Shown here one piece after another: positions 1-14,150 of a stretch of 64,000 nucleotides of DNA. The DNA lies in NCBI RefSeq assembly GCF_963921235.1, contig NC_086097.1:67210001-67274000 (forward strand), in the 5' to 3' direction. The first letter of the stretch is position 1; each line of letters begins with the position of its first letter. Position numbers and translations under genes: made by a program. Under the pieces are notes generated by a model. The model saw nothing but the letters and a program-made list of their open reading frames with translations, ran no database searches and was not told the origin of the DNA. Origin of the DNA: Mobula hypostoma. Taxonomy: Eukaryota.

Positions 1-2600
1 CAGGTTTAATATCATTGGCCTATGTTGTGAAATTTGTTGTTTAGCAACAGCAATACATTTTAATACATAATATTAAAAGCTATAAATTACAATAAGAAAT
101 ATATTTAAAAAAAATAAGTAGTGCAAAAAGAGAACAAAAAAATTGAAAGAAGCTATTCTTAAAACATTTGAGTGCGTGGCTTCAGGCTACCTTGATGGTA
201 GCAATGAGAAGTGATAGGGGTCCTCAATGATGGATGCCGCCTTTTTGAGGCTTGTCTTTTGAAGATGTCCTCAATTCTAGGGAGGCTTTACCCATGATGG
301 AGTTGGCCATGTTCACCCCTTTTTTGCAGCTTTTTCAGATCCTCTGCAGTTGCCCCCTCCATACCAGATGGTGATGCAACCAGTTAGAACGCTCGCCACG
401 GTGCATCTGTAGAAATTTGCAAGAGTTTTTGGTGTCATACCAAGTCTGCTCAAATGCCTAATGAAATATTGCTGCTGTTGTGCCGCCTTTGTGGTTGCAT
501 CAATATGTTGGGCCCGGGATAGACCCTCGGAGCTGTTGACACCCAGGAGGTTGAAATTTTCACCTTTTCCACTGCTGATCCTTCCTTGGACTTAACCGAT
601 GCTGAGTGCAAAAGGTTGTTGTTGCAGCACCATTCAACCAGCTGATCTGGCACACCCTTGTATGCCTCTTCATCACCATCTGAAACTTTGCCAACTGTAG
701 TTGTCTTATGCAAATTTATGGATGATGTTTGTACTGTGCCTAGCCACACAGTCGTGGGTGTAGAGGGAGTAGAGCAGTGGACTAAGCCCGTATTTTTAGC
801 ATGCCAGTGTTGACTGTCAGCATGGAGGAGTTGTTGTTTCTGATCAGCACAGACTGTGATCTCAAGGATTCAGGTTTAGAGGGAGGTACTGAGACCCGGT
901 TTTAAAGCTTGTTGATTAGTACTAAGAGTATGATGGTGTTGAGCGCTGAGCTGCAATCAAAAACAAATGATCAAGTCTGAGTGAAGAGCCAGTGAGATTG
1001 CATCCACTGTGGACCTATTATGGCAAAAGGCAAACTGCAGCAGGTCCAGGTCCTTGGATGGAATTCATTCTGGCCACGACCAACCTCTTGAAGCACTTCA
1101 TCACAGTAGATGTGAGTGCAACTGGACGATAGTCGTTACCGCAGCTCACTCTGCTATCTTGGGCACTTGAGACTTGAAGCAGGAGGCAGCAGTGAAAGGT
1201 TGAAGATGTCCTTGAATGCTCCCACCAGTTGGCACAGGTTTTTAGTGCTTTATCAGATACATCATCAGAGCCTGACGATTTGCGAGGATTCACCCTCTCA
1301 AAATATGTTTTGATTTCGGCCTGACCAAATGCACAGGTGTGGTTTTATGCATGCTTTGAAAGGGAAAATGAATGGCATTGAACTCATCTGGGAGTGAAGT
1401 ATCTCAGCCATTTATGATGTTAGGTTTCAAATTGTAGAAAGTAATAGCCTACAAACCCTGCTAGAGCTAATGTGCATCTTATTTGGTCTTGTAACTTCAA
1501 CTGGAATTGTTTTTTTTGCTCTTAAAATAGCCTTCCATAGGTCATACCTGGACTATTTGTATAGTTCTGGATCACTGGTCTTGAATGCCACAGATCTAAC
1601 CCTTAGCAGGTTACGAATCTCCTGGTTCATCCACAGCTTTTGGTTTGGGTATGTCTAGCACGTCTCAAAGTTGCACACGGCCCTTGGTGAAGTCGGTGAC
1701 AACTGTGGTGTATTCGTTCAGATTTGAAGATGAGTCCCTGAATATTGTCCAGTCCACCAACTCAAAGCAGTCAGTCTCTGTCTGTACGCTGAGAATAGAA
1801 GCACAGCCAGATGATCGTACTTTCCAAAGTGCGGGCGTGGGATAGCATGGTAACGTTCCTGATGGGGGTATAACAGTGGTCGTGTGTTAGCTTCTCTAGG
1901 TTCACAGGTGATATGTTGGTGGTAGCTGTTCAAAGACTTCTTCAAGCTAGCCTGGTTGAAATCCCCTGCAATCACAGGGAAGGCATCAGTGTGCATTGTT
2001 TCATAACTGCTGATCACAGTGATCAGCTCCTGCAATGCCTGTCTGACATTAGCCAGATATGGAATGTGCACCCTTACCAGAATGATGGCAGAAAACTGCT
2101 TCAGCAGATAAAATGGATAACACTGACCGCTGAATGTTCCAGGTCAGATGAAACAGAACCACCACGTCTGTGCACTACGATAAGTTAATCATAAAGCATA
2201 CTCCACCTCCTCTACCTTTTAAAAGACTCAGATGAACTGTCTTTGTAGAGAATGGTGAAACCCTCAGACTTCAGCGCTGCGTCCAAAATGGAGGGGGTGA
2301 GCCACGTTTCTGTGAAGCAAGATACACGGCTGTCCCTGATGTCCCTCTCTTACTGCAGTCTTGCAATCTATTTTCCAGAGACTGTATATTTTCCAGCAGG
2401 ATAGTCAGTGGAAGTCTGAGGCCTCTCTTTCAATCATACCTGCAAGCCCAGCACGCCCTCCACACTTCCTTTTACCTAAAGGGGAACTGCAGCAGTCACC
2501 TAACTCTGGGGTCTGCTGATTTTGAGGATCAATATATTTTAAAATCTTAAGATTCTATTGATTACTGCAGTATCCATGGCTGTGACTATGGGTTTCAGCT
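1..2600 (-). mobile_element. Degraded Rex1/Babar-type LINE (endonuclease + RT remnants)
   Basis: Minus ORF fragments AFPVIAGDFNQASLK and PRPHFGKYDHLAVLL (APE endonuclease) and NDYRPVALTSTVMKCFKRLV (RT N-terminus). 3' UTR/tail lies toward position 1. Many stops and frameshifts. Confidence 0.85.
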
Positions 2601-2622
2601 GTAGTAGTCCTATATGGGAATA

Positions 2623-3432
2623 AAGTGGATTCCAGTTAACTGAGCCATCAGTTAATCGAGGCAGCCGCTTATTTAGGACAACTTTCAAAGAACAAAAACT
2701 AATCAAGAAAATAGCCATGGTTCCCTTCATTTATTTGGGACACTATGCTGTTTAATTGGGGCAGGAGACTTGCTCAACAGTTTCTGCGGTATCAGACACA
2801 TGTCCTTGTGTGGTCATAAGACTACACTGTGCTTAGAGCGAACAGTTTTTTTAAATAGTGTCAGATGCATGTGCTTGTGTTTTTAAAAAAAAGTGCTGTT
2901 TGTCACTGATAGTTAGCAAGAAATAAGCAGTAAGACAATTCAGAACATTTTCTCACTGTGGTTTCAAGCATTCAGACTTGGAGATGCCAGTCACAGCTGG
3001 AAGTGAAAATGAAATTATTTCACTACTTCAACACGAATTTGAAAATATCACCAATTATCTTGAATGTTTCAATGAAAATGAAGATTTGGAGGAAGACAGT
3101 TGCATGAAGGCAGTTCATTATCTTCACTGGGTGTCTGCGCTGATTTTGTTCATTTGCAACCAATCAGAAGAACATGGCAGCATAATTCCTCTGTCGATAA
3201 CTATTGGGAACTAATATGCCCTTTTATAGTATTGCAGTACTATTGGTAGTGTTCTAATTTGTTGTGTATTTTACTTAAATACATAATTTGATAATCATTT
3301 AAACAATAATTTGTCTACTTACACTTTTTTACTGTTTCCATGAAACATTCAGCTAATTGGAGCAGCCGCTTAAATGGGCCAAAATGTCCTGGTCCTAATG
3401 TGTCCCATTTCCCATTTAACTGGAATCCACTG
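2623..3432. mobile_element. Non-autonomous Tigger/pogo-like DNA transposon
   Basis: Terminal inverted repeats AAGTGGATTCCAGTTAA / TTAACTGGAATCCACTG with TA flanks. A related copy lies at 57943-58530. Confidence 0.8.
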
Positions 3433-3714
3433 TATTTCATGATTCCCATCGGAACCACACGCAAAGGTTCACCACTTATCGGCCATTTTGTGAAATGCTT
3501 GGTCCTTGCGAAAGCATGTGCTGGTTTTGAACATTATATCAATTATCTTGCTACTCCATTTTAAAAGAACCCCAGCTCTTTAACCTTCATCGATTTCTTT
3601 CTTTTCCAAACTATGTAAAAAAAAAATTTCCAGTATAGCCATTTTGAATATATTGATCTTTTCCAATCCTTACTGGTTCGGGAACATTGAACAGAGACCG
3701 GTACAGCACAGGAA

Positions 3715-5215
3715 TGTAATGTGAAGGGTTACCTTACTTCCCGATTGAAAGCCACTTCTGCTGTGCCAGTCATTGATGGGCCTGTTCTAAGGATGTTACA
3801 GTTCTTTCCCATTGTTTGGCTTTTATGCCATGGCACTGGTTTCCAGTTCCAGGTGCTTCAAGGGTGTAAGAATAGTGTGTGCAAAAGATTCTGTCTCTTT
3901 GTTAGGTGCTCATCTTCACACTGAGATCGTGACCAGTGCTGAAGAACCATTGGGAAAGTGCTGCAGGTGTAGGAGGGCTTGTGCGCACACTTAGCTAAGT
4001 ACCTGTTGTTGAATGTTTAGTTTTGTAGTAGTGTAACTTGGGGAGACTTAATGAAGTGCCTGTTGAGATTGAAGTGTTACTGAATGTTCAGTGTTGTATT
4101 TTTGTAACTTTAGGTACTTGTTTAATTTAGATTAGAGGTTCCCAACCTGGGGCCCACAGACACTGTGGTTAATGGTAGGGGGTCCATGGCATAACAGAGT
4201 TGGGAATCCCTGATTTAGATGTTTGGTTGTCTGTAAGTAAATAGTTAATGGGCTTACTCGTAATTAGTGTCTTCTGTCTCACTTACCGAACCTGTGAACC
4301 TGCTTCTCCATAACATATGGCACTGCAAGCAGGGTTCAGTGAGTGAGTAGAAGATGAATTATGAGAGAGGAAACCCTGTGCGAGCAATGCTGAGTCCTGG
4401 GGTGGCCTGACAACGGTGCAGGATTTAGGAGTCTCATCAACCTACTATGGTGTACGGAACACCCATAGACTGGTCAGATGAGTTGAATTCCTGAGGGGTG
4501 AAAATCGGACACCACATCGTATCTGTACTTAATAAGGCAGTGTACCACAAGAGGAAGGGGAGCCAGAGGATGCTTTCTGGCAGCTGGTAGCTGGAAGTCA
4601 TTGTAAGGTGCCAGCATGAGCTGATCGCACGGAGTGATCAGGAGATAGTAAGTCTCGAATGAGGTGGAGGTGCTGCACAAATGCTGTACCACCATGGAGG
4701 TGCCCATTTGGCACAGACCTGGGCCAAAGAGCTATGTGACAAGAGTATGGAGATGGTCTGTCAGCTAATGAGGATGCAGCAATTAGAGGCTGCCCAACAG
4801 ACTAATTGGCAACCAGATCTCATTAAGGTCCGAGCCTTGATAGTGCAGGGAGATGATCCCAACACATGGATGGTGAATGGGGATGTCTGGCTTGATAGGG
4901 TAGAGTGGATTCTGTCTCCAACTGATCGCCCTTTCCCCTACCAGACCGATGACCATGCAGTCCCATACCTGTTATGGGGGGCTTCGGCCCTTGAGAGAGG
5001 GGAGGAGGGTGTGGAACCAAGGGGAGTGGTACAATGCTTGTGACAACAGAGATTAGGGAGCTCTCTGCTAAAGAATTGATGTGATCAGGGTATAGGTACA
5101 GACAGAAGCCAGGAGTTGCCTGGCCACATGGTGGTTCAGGATATGGGATTGGAGGGGGCTGGGGGCTACCAGAATGAGTCTATCTAGTAGAGAGATGGGC
5201 ATTGTAGGGGGGTGT
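3715..5215 (+). mobile_element. Truncated LTR-element remnant (candidate LTR 3715-4315, PBS-like site, decayed internal region)
   Basis: TGTAAT...TAACA block followed by TGGCACTGCAAGCAGGG (PBS-like, 4318) and a purine tract AGGGGGG near 5206. No matching second LTR seen. Confidence 0.45.
4133..4212. mobile_element. 80-bp hAT (Charlie-like) MITE
   Basis: TIRs TAGAGGTTCCCAAC / GTTGGGAATCCCTG with a perfect 8-bp TSD ATTTAGAT (4125-4132, 4213-4220). Confidence 0.85.
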
Positions 5216-6173
5216 TGTCCCAACACATGATCAATAATGCCCTGAACTCGCCACTGCTTTCTGTATTTTTTACTGTTGACTATTTATCTCTGCTGCGCAC
5301 TACATGCATTTTGAATTATATTTTTAGTAACTAATGAGGAGACAGAACTGTATACAATACTTCAGTTGTGGCCTTGCTAGAGCTCTATAAATCTGGAACA
5401 TCCTGATTTTTGACTTCAGTACCTCGAATAATAAAGGCAAGCATACCATATGTCTTAACAACCCTGGTAACTTATGTAGCCACTCTGTTATATCACAACA
5501 AAGTGTACTATTTGCTTATTGCACCAAATATTCCCTGCTTTTTTTCTTAAAAAGGCTTGTGTACCAACAGGGGTTTCAGATCAAGCCCATTGGAACTTGT
5601 TTAATAAGACAGATTCATAACTGACAAAAATACTACTCTTTTATTGCCTTATGAAAGACTCAAAATTGTTCCAGTGAAAATGAAAATATATTGTACATGT
5701 TTCCCAAATGGCACAGGACTTTTCTTGTTTCCCAAGGAAAATAATGAGGAATGGGGAACTATAATTTGTTGATAAGAACATAAGGCTTTTGAAGTGTTGA
5801 AATTATGCCATCTTAACTGATAAAGTAGTTCTGGCCCAAATAATCTGTATAAATTTAAAGCTTATTTGTAAATTTGTAGTTTATACTCCTAATGTAAATC
5901 TGAACATTTACATTTTACCAGTTCTTCAAGATGCTGGTCTTGAAGAAAGGGATACACAGTGGCTGCATGTATCTTGGATAATTTTTACTCAACCACCTTG
6001 AATGTTCTGAGAATTTGAAATGCTACTTAAATGTAAAGACAAGACTCAATTGCATAACTTTGACAAGATTTGCAATCTTTGTTTATTTGGTTCTGCATGA
6101 AAGTGTTACGTGTTTTCTCCTGAATGTTCATTTTAGTAAAGTGATCTTTTTGTATGTATTTTTTTATTCACAG

Positions 6174-6227
6174 AGCCACTTGCAACTGCTACAGAGTTGT
6201 CTTGTAGCACTGAAAGGTGACAGTTAA
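6174..6227 (+). CDS. snx6: Last coding exon of sorting nexin 6 (upstream exons not seen in the window)
   Basis: Pyrimidine tract + CAG acceptor (6171-6173), phase 0, SHLQLLQSCLVALKGDS*. This resembles the human SNX6 C-terminus GNLQLLQNCLAVLNGDT. Followed by AT-rich UTR-like sequence and AATAAA near 6545. SNX6 lies upstream of SPTSSA in human. The paralogue SNX32 is not fully excluded. Confidence 0.75.
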   Translation, partial: SHLQLLQSCLVALKGDS

Positions 6228-6899
6228 CTACATTATGGTTGTATTAACAAGGGCTGTGTATGTCAACTCTACAAGGAAGAACACTTAGCAAGCTTTCTGA
6301 GCTCTATAGAGATTTCCTCCAAGGAGGTTCTTTATATGTCAAAAGTAAACGACAGTTTTGCTCTGATGAGAAAAATCTTGAATCAAGAAACCCCATACTG
6401 AGATGCTACATAACACATCATTTGTATTTGATTGTCCAGAAATCAAAATATTTTCTTCATTTGCCAATACCTTCAATATTATTGTATATTTGCCAGCTAT
6501 ATTCATTTTTACAATATCAAAGGCCTAATTTGGATGTTTCTAAAAATAAAATGAAATACCATTACTTGTATTCTGTATAGTCACGTGCATTGTTTTGCAT
6601 TTAGTGCTGCTCCAACATCTTAATATGACAATTAATCTTTAATTTTTTATATTGATAACATTAATCTTCAACTAAAAATTATGTTAGAACTGAATATAAT
6701 TTCTAAATCTAATGTATATCTGCCTTAAACTTATAGAATGATTCCTAACCATTGTGTAATAAACTGGTATGCTAGAGAAGTTTTGTTTTGTTTTGTTTAT
6801 CTCATTTTTTATGAATGCAATGGAAGGGGAATCACTTTGCTCTCAGGATTTCCATCACTCCCACTCCCCTATGTAGCTCCCTCTAACTTATTCTCTCCT

Positions 6900-7800
6900 A
6901 TATGCCATCATTTCTCCCTACTAACACCCACTTACTCTAGGAATGTATGTAATTAAGAGTGTCCTCCAAATTACTGGCATTTCTTTGGAAGCGAAGGGAA
7001 ACCAGAGCACCTAGGGACAGTTCACACAGTCGCATATGAACCTATGACGAGTACTGTGCAATTACAGAACTGTCTGCTGTTCTGCATTTCAAGGCATTTT
7101 ATGCCGTTTCAGAAATAGGTGTACCAGCATAGTGAAAGAAAAGGGGGAAAAAACTTGCTGCACAGATGTAAAACACAGAAATTGTTTAAAATCTGAAGCA
7201 GAAGAGAATGCTGGAAATACCCAGCACGTCAAGCAGAGAGGGAAAAAGAAACTTCAGTTAATGTTGCGGGTAAATGCTCCTACAGCAGATCTGGTCACTT
7301 CTAACAGGAAAAGCTTCCTTATTCAAGATTATTGAATTCTGTGTAGTCTTGGGCTGGAATTTGGTGGGAGGTGATGTGCTTGCATTGCATTGGATTTCAT
7401 TGGAATAGTGTAGGAGGCCAGAGGCAGATCAGAGTGAGAGTAGATAAAGAAGCTCGTGGTCCCTTTTGTGAACTTGAAGGGAAGTGTTTTGCAAAGCAGT
7501 GACCCAATCACTGTTTTTGATTGCTGAATCACTGTTTTTGCTGAAAAACCACACTGAGAGAGGTGATGCAGTTTAATTGTAAAAGTGCAAATTAATTACT
7601 GATTTCCTGGAAGGACTGGTAGGAAGAGACAAAGTGAAAGGGCAGATGTTGCATCTTTTATGGTTGCAAGGGGAAGTGTGATCAATAGTTGTTGATGGAT
7701 TGAAGAATGAACCAAGGATTACAGAGGAAATTGTCCCTCAGAAATATTGAAGGGGAGTGGAAGATGCATCTGGAGATGGACTTTATTGGTAAGCACACTA
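6900..7800 (-). mobile_element. Old V-SINE fragment (~6900-7040) and degraded Penelope-like fragment (~7160-7800)
   Basis: GGAAACCAGAGCACC V-SINE-like motif; ATGCTGGAAATACCCAGCACGTCAAGCAG resembles the Penelope termini elsewhere in the window. Confidence 0.45.
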
Positions 7801-9479
7801 ATGGCTTCTTTTGCTTTCTACTAATTTAGTGTTTAAAAGCACATTCCTTCTTCAGGATGCTTGATTAGAATGTATTCTACACCAGCTGAAAGCAGAGGCT
7901 ATGAATTACATTTGACTAAAATATTTCAAATGAGTTGTAAATTTAAATTCTTTACCCTACCTTTTTATATTTCTTATAAGACCTAATTCATAAGCCAGAC
8001 TAGATATAGAATCATTACTTAGTCCGCTAAGTGCAGTTTGCTAAGCAAGGACTTCCAGCTACAGATTTTGCTAAACTAGCTGTCACACATACAGATTGAT
8101 TACAGTGAAGTATTTCAGTAATTCTGTGTCTCATTGCAGTTAGTGTATAATAAAGCACTTTACATTCCCTTTAAAGGGCTGATGTATTTTGATTGGTCGA
8201 GGTACAGAATGACACTGAACATTTGTCAACTATAAAGTATAAAATAAGCACAAGCATATTTGCCTCCCTATTTGGAATTTCAATTAGAATGTTGTGCACT
8301 CTTTACAATTATATTTGAGAGTATATTTTAATGTAGCAAGACATTTATAATTTATCAAATAAGTTGTTGTACACAGGGTTATATTACTTAATGTACTTTA
8401 ATTATACAGTAGGATGTTTTTCAGTTTCTATGATCACGGCAAGATATTTACATATATTTCTTTGCTAAATGTACTTTATAATAATGATATTGATCCAAAC
8501 ATGTTCAGGTTACCTATTTCCCCATATACAAAACCTTATAGCTGATAACCAATATGAAAAATATAAAAATGCTGATAAAGACCTGTTAAAACCTTACACT
8601 CTTATTCAGACGTACTTAGCTGAATGTAAGAATTTAGTTCTATATCGTATTTCCAATTCCAGCTATGAAGAAAGGCCTTGGAATAGGGACTGTTAGGTTT
8701 TAACACTCCTGAGGACAGAAGGATGGAGTAGTTGTAAGTAAAGTAAACTGAACAATTAAGCACATTGACAGTCAAATCTCAACTTTAACCTGTCGCTAAC
8801 AAACGAAACAGTTGCTTTTTCCAAATTGATCACATAAATCGTTTTGCTGTTGTAACCTTTTAAATTCACTTTGAACACTTAATATCCTTCGAAACACCCT
8901 ACAATACATGACAAAGGAAAAATAATGCAGCAGTCATTGCTTGGATTATTTTAATTGTATTTGTGCATTGGTTAAAAAATATGAATGCAGTTAGCGTAAA
9001 AGTTCATTTTTCAGACTTGCTACACTTATTACATAACTGCAATGTATTTAAGATCTTTATTCTGCATGCACTTTTGTGCTGCTATATTGCAGCTGTTGTG
9101 TATTTTTCTCAATGTTAATCAAAATACATAATGGACTTTGCATGTTTAAACCCTGTTTACTGTAATTACATACTCATTACTTCTGACACTGTGGCCTCCT
9201 CCTTTGAAATCAAGTTCTACTACCAGTTATGGCACAGGAATGTCGAACCTCTAGCTGCTGAATCATCAACAGCTGAGAGCTCTGGATAGAACAAGGGATG
9301 TGGGACCAGACAGAATCTCAGCTATACAGTACTGAACATCAGTGCTCCAGCGCTAGCTGTGCTGTAGTCAAACTATTCCAGTACAACAACACCATTAGCG
9401 AATAAGACATAGGAGCGGAATTAGGTCGTTCTGCCCATTTACACACAATGTCAAAAATTTCCTGGTTTGAGCTACTCAC

Positions 9480-10210
9480 AAAAAAGTACAAACCCATCCT
9501 GGCTAATGCTGGCCTAATCAGTTCACTCTCAATCTTCAACAGAATATCAGAAGCTATCACTGATACTGCTGCCAAGATGCACATAATAATAATTTTAATG
9601 ATGAACTCACTGATACTTTGTTTGGATTTTTCCAGGAATTTAGGCTTCAGACCTCCAAATGTGAGAGTGACTGCACTTAATATCAAGGCAGAATTTGACT
9701 GAGTGTAGGCTCTTGGTGAGACTAAAGTCAGTGGTGCCAAATGTATTTGGACTTGTATCTCACACAAAAGAAGATCTTTGTGTTGGTCAGTGGTCAATCA
9801 TCTTGGTCCCAAGTCAAGGATTCCTCAGAGCAGGTTCTGGTCCAATTCTTTAAAAGCTTCAACAGTGGCCTGCCTTCCATCGTAAGAGCAAAAGTAGAGA
9901 TAGCTACAGATGATTGCACAACATTCAATTCCATTTGTGGTTCTCAGCAAATAAAGCAGCCCATATCTGCACGCGGTGAGACCTACACAACAATCAAGCA
10001 TGAGCTGATAAATTGGCAAGTAACTTGTGTCACAGAAGTCCTGAGGAATGATTATCTCCAACAAGAGAGTCTAACCAGCCTCCCTTAATATGCGATGACA
10101 TTACCATGGTTCAGAATCCACTATCCACCTGCTGAGGGTCCACTGTTGACCAGAAGTTCAGTGGCACCAGCAAAAATAAAATAAGATGGCCTCTATAGCA
10201 GATCAAAGCT
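9480..10210 (+). mobile_element. Ancient LINE reverse-transcriptase fragment (CR1/L2 group)
   Basis: VRVTALNIKAEFD and VSGQSS...ATDDCTTF correspond to degenerate RT motifs (LDIKAAFD, FADD). Confidence 0.7.
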
Positions 10211-10611
10211 GACTGCCGTGACACTGTATTCCTTAGAGCCATTGCAATGATTTTGCACCACTTTAACAGTGGGGAATTTGCAAAGTGACTAAATAGATGC
10301 ACACTAATAAATAAATGTGTGATTTTTCTAAATACCTTTTGAGTTTTGTTTTGTTCAGCAATCTAAAAACTTTGACAGTTTTGAAGTTTGGATAAGTAGG
10401 TTTGGCGTAGTTGGTTATCAACTTATTTATTGAATTATGCTTCCCTACACTCCACGTTCCTTTGGGAATTCAGTTCTATGACTTGTTTCTAATTCTAGCA
10501 ATAAAGAAGGGCCCAGGAATGAAGAGTAGATTCAGTGAAGGTCAGCATTTAATACTGTGAGATGGGTTTTGCGTCATCCAGTGGGAATATCAAGGTAGGG
10601 ATAGTGTTTGG

Positions 10612-11042
10612 GTTAGATTTAAATTTAGATTATGAGGACACACAGCCCTCTTTTATTGTCATTTAATAATGCATGCATTAAGGAATGATACAATGTTTCT
10701 CTAGAATGATATCATAGAAACACATGACAAACTGACTGAAAAACTGACAAAAACCACATAATTATAACATATAGTTGCAACAGTGCAAAGCAATACTGTG
10801 ATTTGATAAAGAACAGACTATGGGCACGGTAAAAAGTCTCAAAGTCTCTCGCAAGTCCCGTCATCTCACGCAGACAGTGAACCTCCAGTGCCGCAAACTT
10901 GCCGATGCAGCATCCTGGAAGCATCTGACCACAGTCCGACTCCGAGTCCGTCCGAAAACTCTGAGCATCTGACCAGCTCTCCGACACCGAGCACCATCTC
11001 TGCCGAGCGCTTCGACCCCGGCCCCGGCAATAGGCAAAGCCG
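10612..11042 (-). mobile_element. 5'-truncated copy of a non-coding LINE-derived short element
   Basis: Clearly similar to 35250-35848. Ends in a TCTAAA-like tail on the minus strand. Confidence 0.65.
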
Positions 11043-11699
11043 GGTTACAGAGCAGATGTCAGATCTGTTTGACTGGGGTGGGGCTGGCAGTTCACACTGG
11101 ATGGGCAGGAAGTCACAGATGCAGCAGAGAAGCAAGAATGAGCATCTAAGACAGAGTAGACATATGTGAAAACAGCTGTGAGAGCAGGCAGGCGTGGTTA
11201 AGCATATGCTGGTGACATTGTCAGTTCATTGAGGATGGGAACATGAAGGTGATAATTGAAGGGCTGACAAAGACAAAATTCAGCAAGGAAACTAATGTTC
11301 AAACTATTAAAAAATATTTTTAAACTTCCAAGGTGAGTTTTTAACAGAGGGTGGTAGGTGCCTGCAGTAACAATGTTTAGGAGGCATTTATACAAGCACA
11401 TGAACAGACAGGGCATGGAGGGATTTAGACCATATGCAGAAAGATGGAATAAGTTAGATAGGCATCATAGTTGCTGCAGACATGGTGGCCCAAAGGGTTT
11501 GTTGCTAAGCTCTGGTGCGCTAAACCACTAAAACGTAGGATACAAGATAACCGACACTAAGCTTGAGGAACTAAAAAGAAATAAGCAGAACTATATGACT
11601 GCTGGGAAGTAGAACTACATCACCAACTATAAACTCACATATAATTGAACTATGCTTTTGGCACATTTTCTCCCTCAGTATAAATGTGTTTGTATTATA

Positions 11700-12800
11700 A
11701 TGGAAGTTGTTTGTGCAATCAATGTATCCGGTATTAAACCACACTCTGCAAAGTCTCATTTCAAATCAAAGTTTCAGCTTTTACTATAGAGTACCCTCGT
11801 GCAGACGAGTTTCACTACCCAATTCTTAAATTGTTTTACTACTCTGTGACAAAGATCTACAAATCAAACCACATAGAAAACTAAGGAAATGTGTCATATT
11901 AAAGAAAGAATAAATTACAAATGTGTATTAAAGTTAAACCTTATATTGTTTCATTGTATTGCTGTACCTGAATGCATTTGAAATAACAGATTAGTATTAA
12001 CATGGGAAAGGATTTATTAGGAGATCAGAAAATCCAATCTTAGATTGTACTTTTAGACCTGCTTATCAGCAGCTTTGCTGAACTAGAGATTTCTTTTGCA
12101 AAGTGAAGGCAAATCTAAGGTACCCTTATGTCCAAAAAATGTTATCATAATGCTACAAGAATCTAGGTTATCCACTTCAGTTCTGCCAAAATCCAGGACA
12201 ACTCACTAAGCCTTGGAAATACTGCATTGCTACAAAAACACAGAAAGTGACTATGCTTTCAAAGTGGAATACAAATCCCTCTCCACCAAATCAACATGTG
12301 ACAAAGCTGAAAGAAACATTGATGAATTATGGTCAGTTTTTACCACCTATTTATCACAAAAATAGCATACAATAGGCCATATTTCTGTTCTGGGCATTGG
12401 ACAAACACATATGCATATCCCAGTCTCAAATGGTGAAGCAGACAGAGAATTTGGATTGTGAAGGAGGCCTCAAAGAAACTGCCCATTGACAATTTGGCTG
12501 ACTCCATACAGCACAGAACTGCAATCTTTTTATTGAACAATAACTCAATCTACCACTGGGGTAAATCATTGCTGAGATGGCAATGAATTGTTGTGTAAAC
12601 TATTTGCAAATGATCATCAGGATGCTAAAACTGATAGAAAAACCTAGCATGAGACACAAGATCAGAAGATCATGATGAGGCTGTAGGTGAAGTAGAAATA
12701 GTAAATCCAAGATATCATGGGAAATCCACAGCAGATGCTAGAGAAACATGAGTCAATTTGATATGGGTGAGAAGGTCCTAGAGAGTGAGAAGACCTGGGG
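11700..12800 (+). mobile_element. Highly degraded Gypsy-like integrase remnant
   Basis: 12410-12590 reads, across frameshifts, like the integrase C-terminal motifs (HP.SNGEAER ... FLL ... STTG.S.AE). Confidence 0.4.
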
Positions 12801-13796
12801 TGTGGTGGATTCTGTAAATATGGGAATATACATATGTAAAAATGTTTGAGTTTCTTTAATGTTAAAAAGAGAGCAGTATTGTTTACTATTGGTTGAAAAA
12901 AGGGTCATTGTCGCTTAAAGGCTTTCAAATGACATATCATCTGGTTGCAACATGAGCACATATCAGATGGGTTGAAAAAGTGGCAAGTGGAATTTAATGC
13001 AGTGGACGTGCAAGAAAGCACAGTAAATGGATGGAAATTAAGTTGTGTGGAAGAATAAACATGTATCTACAGATCTTTAGATGTAGCAGAATAGGTTAAT
13101 ATCATAGTTTAAAAAGTCTCTATTTGCAGAGACAGATTACACAAGAATGATAACATAGCTGGTGTGCTGCATATATTCCCATTCACATTATTACATGAAA
13201 GGTATGGATGAGCCAGTGATGAAAGCAGAGGGGACTTATAAAGAAGACACCAGTACTATACTACAAAATTTTTACTTTAAGGAAAATATTAGCTATGTTA
13301 GGGTTGTTCTCTTAGAACAGTGGAGGCCAAGGGGAGATAGTAATTAAGGGATATAAAACAATGAGGTAGAACAAATAAAGAACAACTCATTTCCTGTAGT
13401 TGAGGGGCCAAAAACTAGATGACATGGCATTGGTTGAAGGATCAGAGGGAGAGAGGGATTTATTTGTTTCACCTAGATGTTAGGAGGGACTTGGATTTAA
13501 CTGCCTACAAGAGTGATGGAGACAAAAACTCTAATACCTAGTTATGAAGAATAGTGATGTAAACTGAAGGATGAAAACCTCATGCCAGATAGTGGGGTAA
13601 GGCTGATGGGATCATTGATTTATAGTGGGTGAATAGTCTGACCAGTCTCTTCCGGTGTTATAAATTGTCTCTCAATTATTTATTTTGTTTCTAGCAACTT
13701 CCGATCACTTTGGAGGAACCATTGTAAAAAGTACATGTTTATTGAAGCTCCTATGTCCTTTGATCATATTTCTCACTTGTCAGAGAATACAGAGGA

Positions 13797-14150
13797 CAGG
13801 TGTGCTAGAAAGTTTGTGAACCTTGTAGAATTTTCTTTATTTCTGCATAAGTATGACTTCAAATGTGATCAGATCCTCATGCAAGTCCTAAAACTAGATA
13901 AAGAAAATCCAATTCTTCATTGCTGTCTCTGTAGCAATTTAGTTTTTTCCAGTAAAGGTTGTTAGCCCTGAGCAGAACCCTGGAATCTGGAAGACTCTTA
14001 GTCTGACCTCTGTCCTTTGACATGCTTAGCATGGGTGACCCTACCAAGAGCCAAAGTATAATGCCCTGATTTCAGCCAACTTAGCTCTCTGAGTCATTGA
14101 GGCATGGAAGCTTCCAAACTCATCAACAAGGTTGTGGTCTTCTTGGACAA
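13797..14150. mobile_element. Tc1 terminal fragment (~13797-13910) abutting an RTE-like fragment (~13910-14150)
   Basis: CAGGTGTGCTAGAAAGTTTGTGAACC is Tc1-end-like. The adjacent sequence resembles the reverse complement of an RTE 5' region. Confidence 0.45.

Noticed and set aside
9448..9702. MMNSLILCLDFSR superficially like the EAPP CMTTLCLDCQR motif
   Set aside because: The context is a degraded LINE reverse transcriptase.
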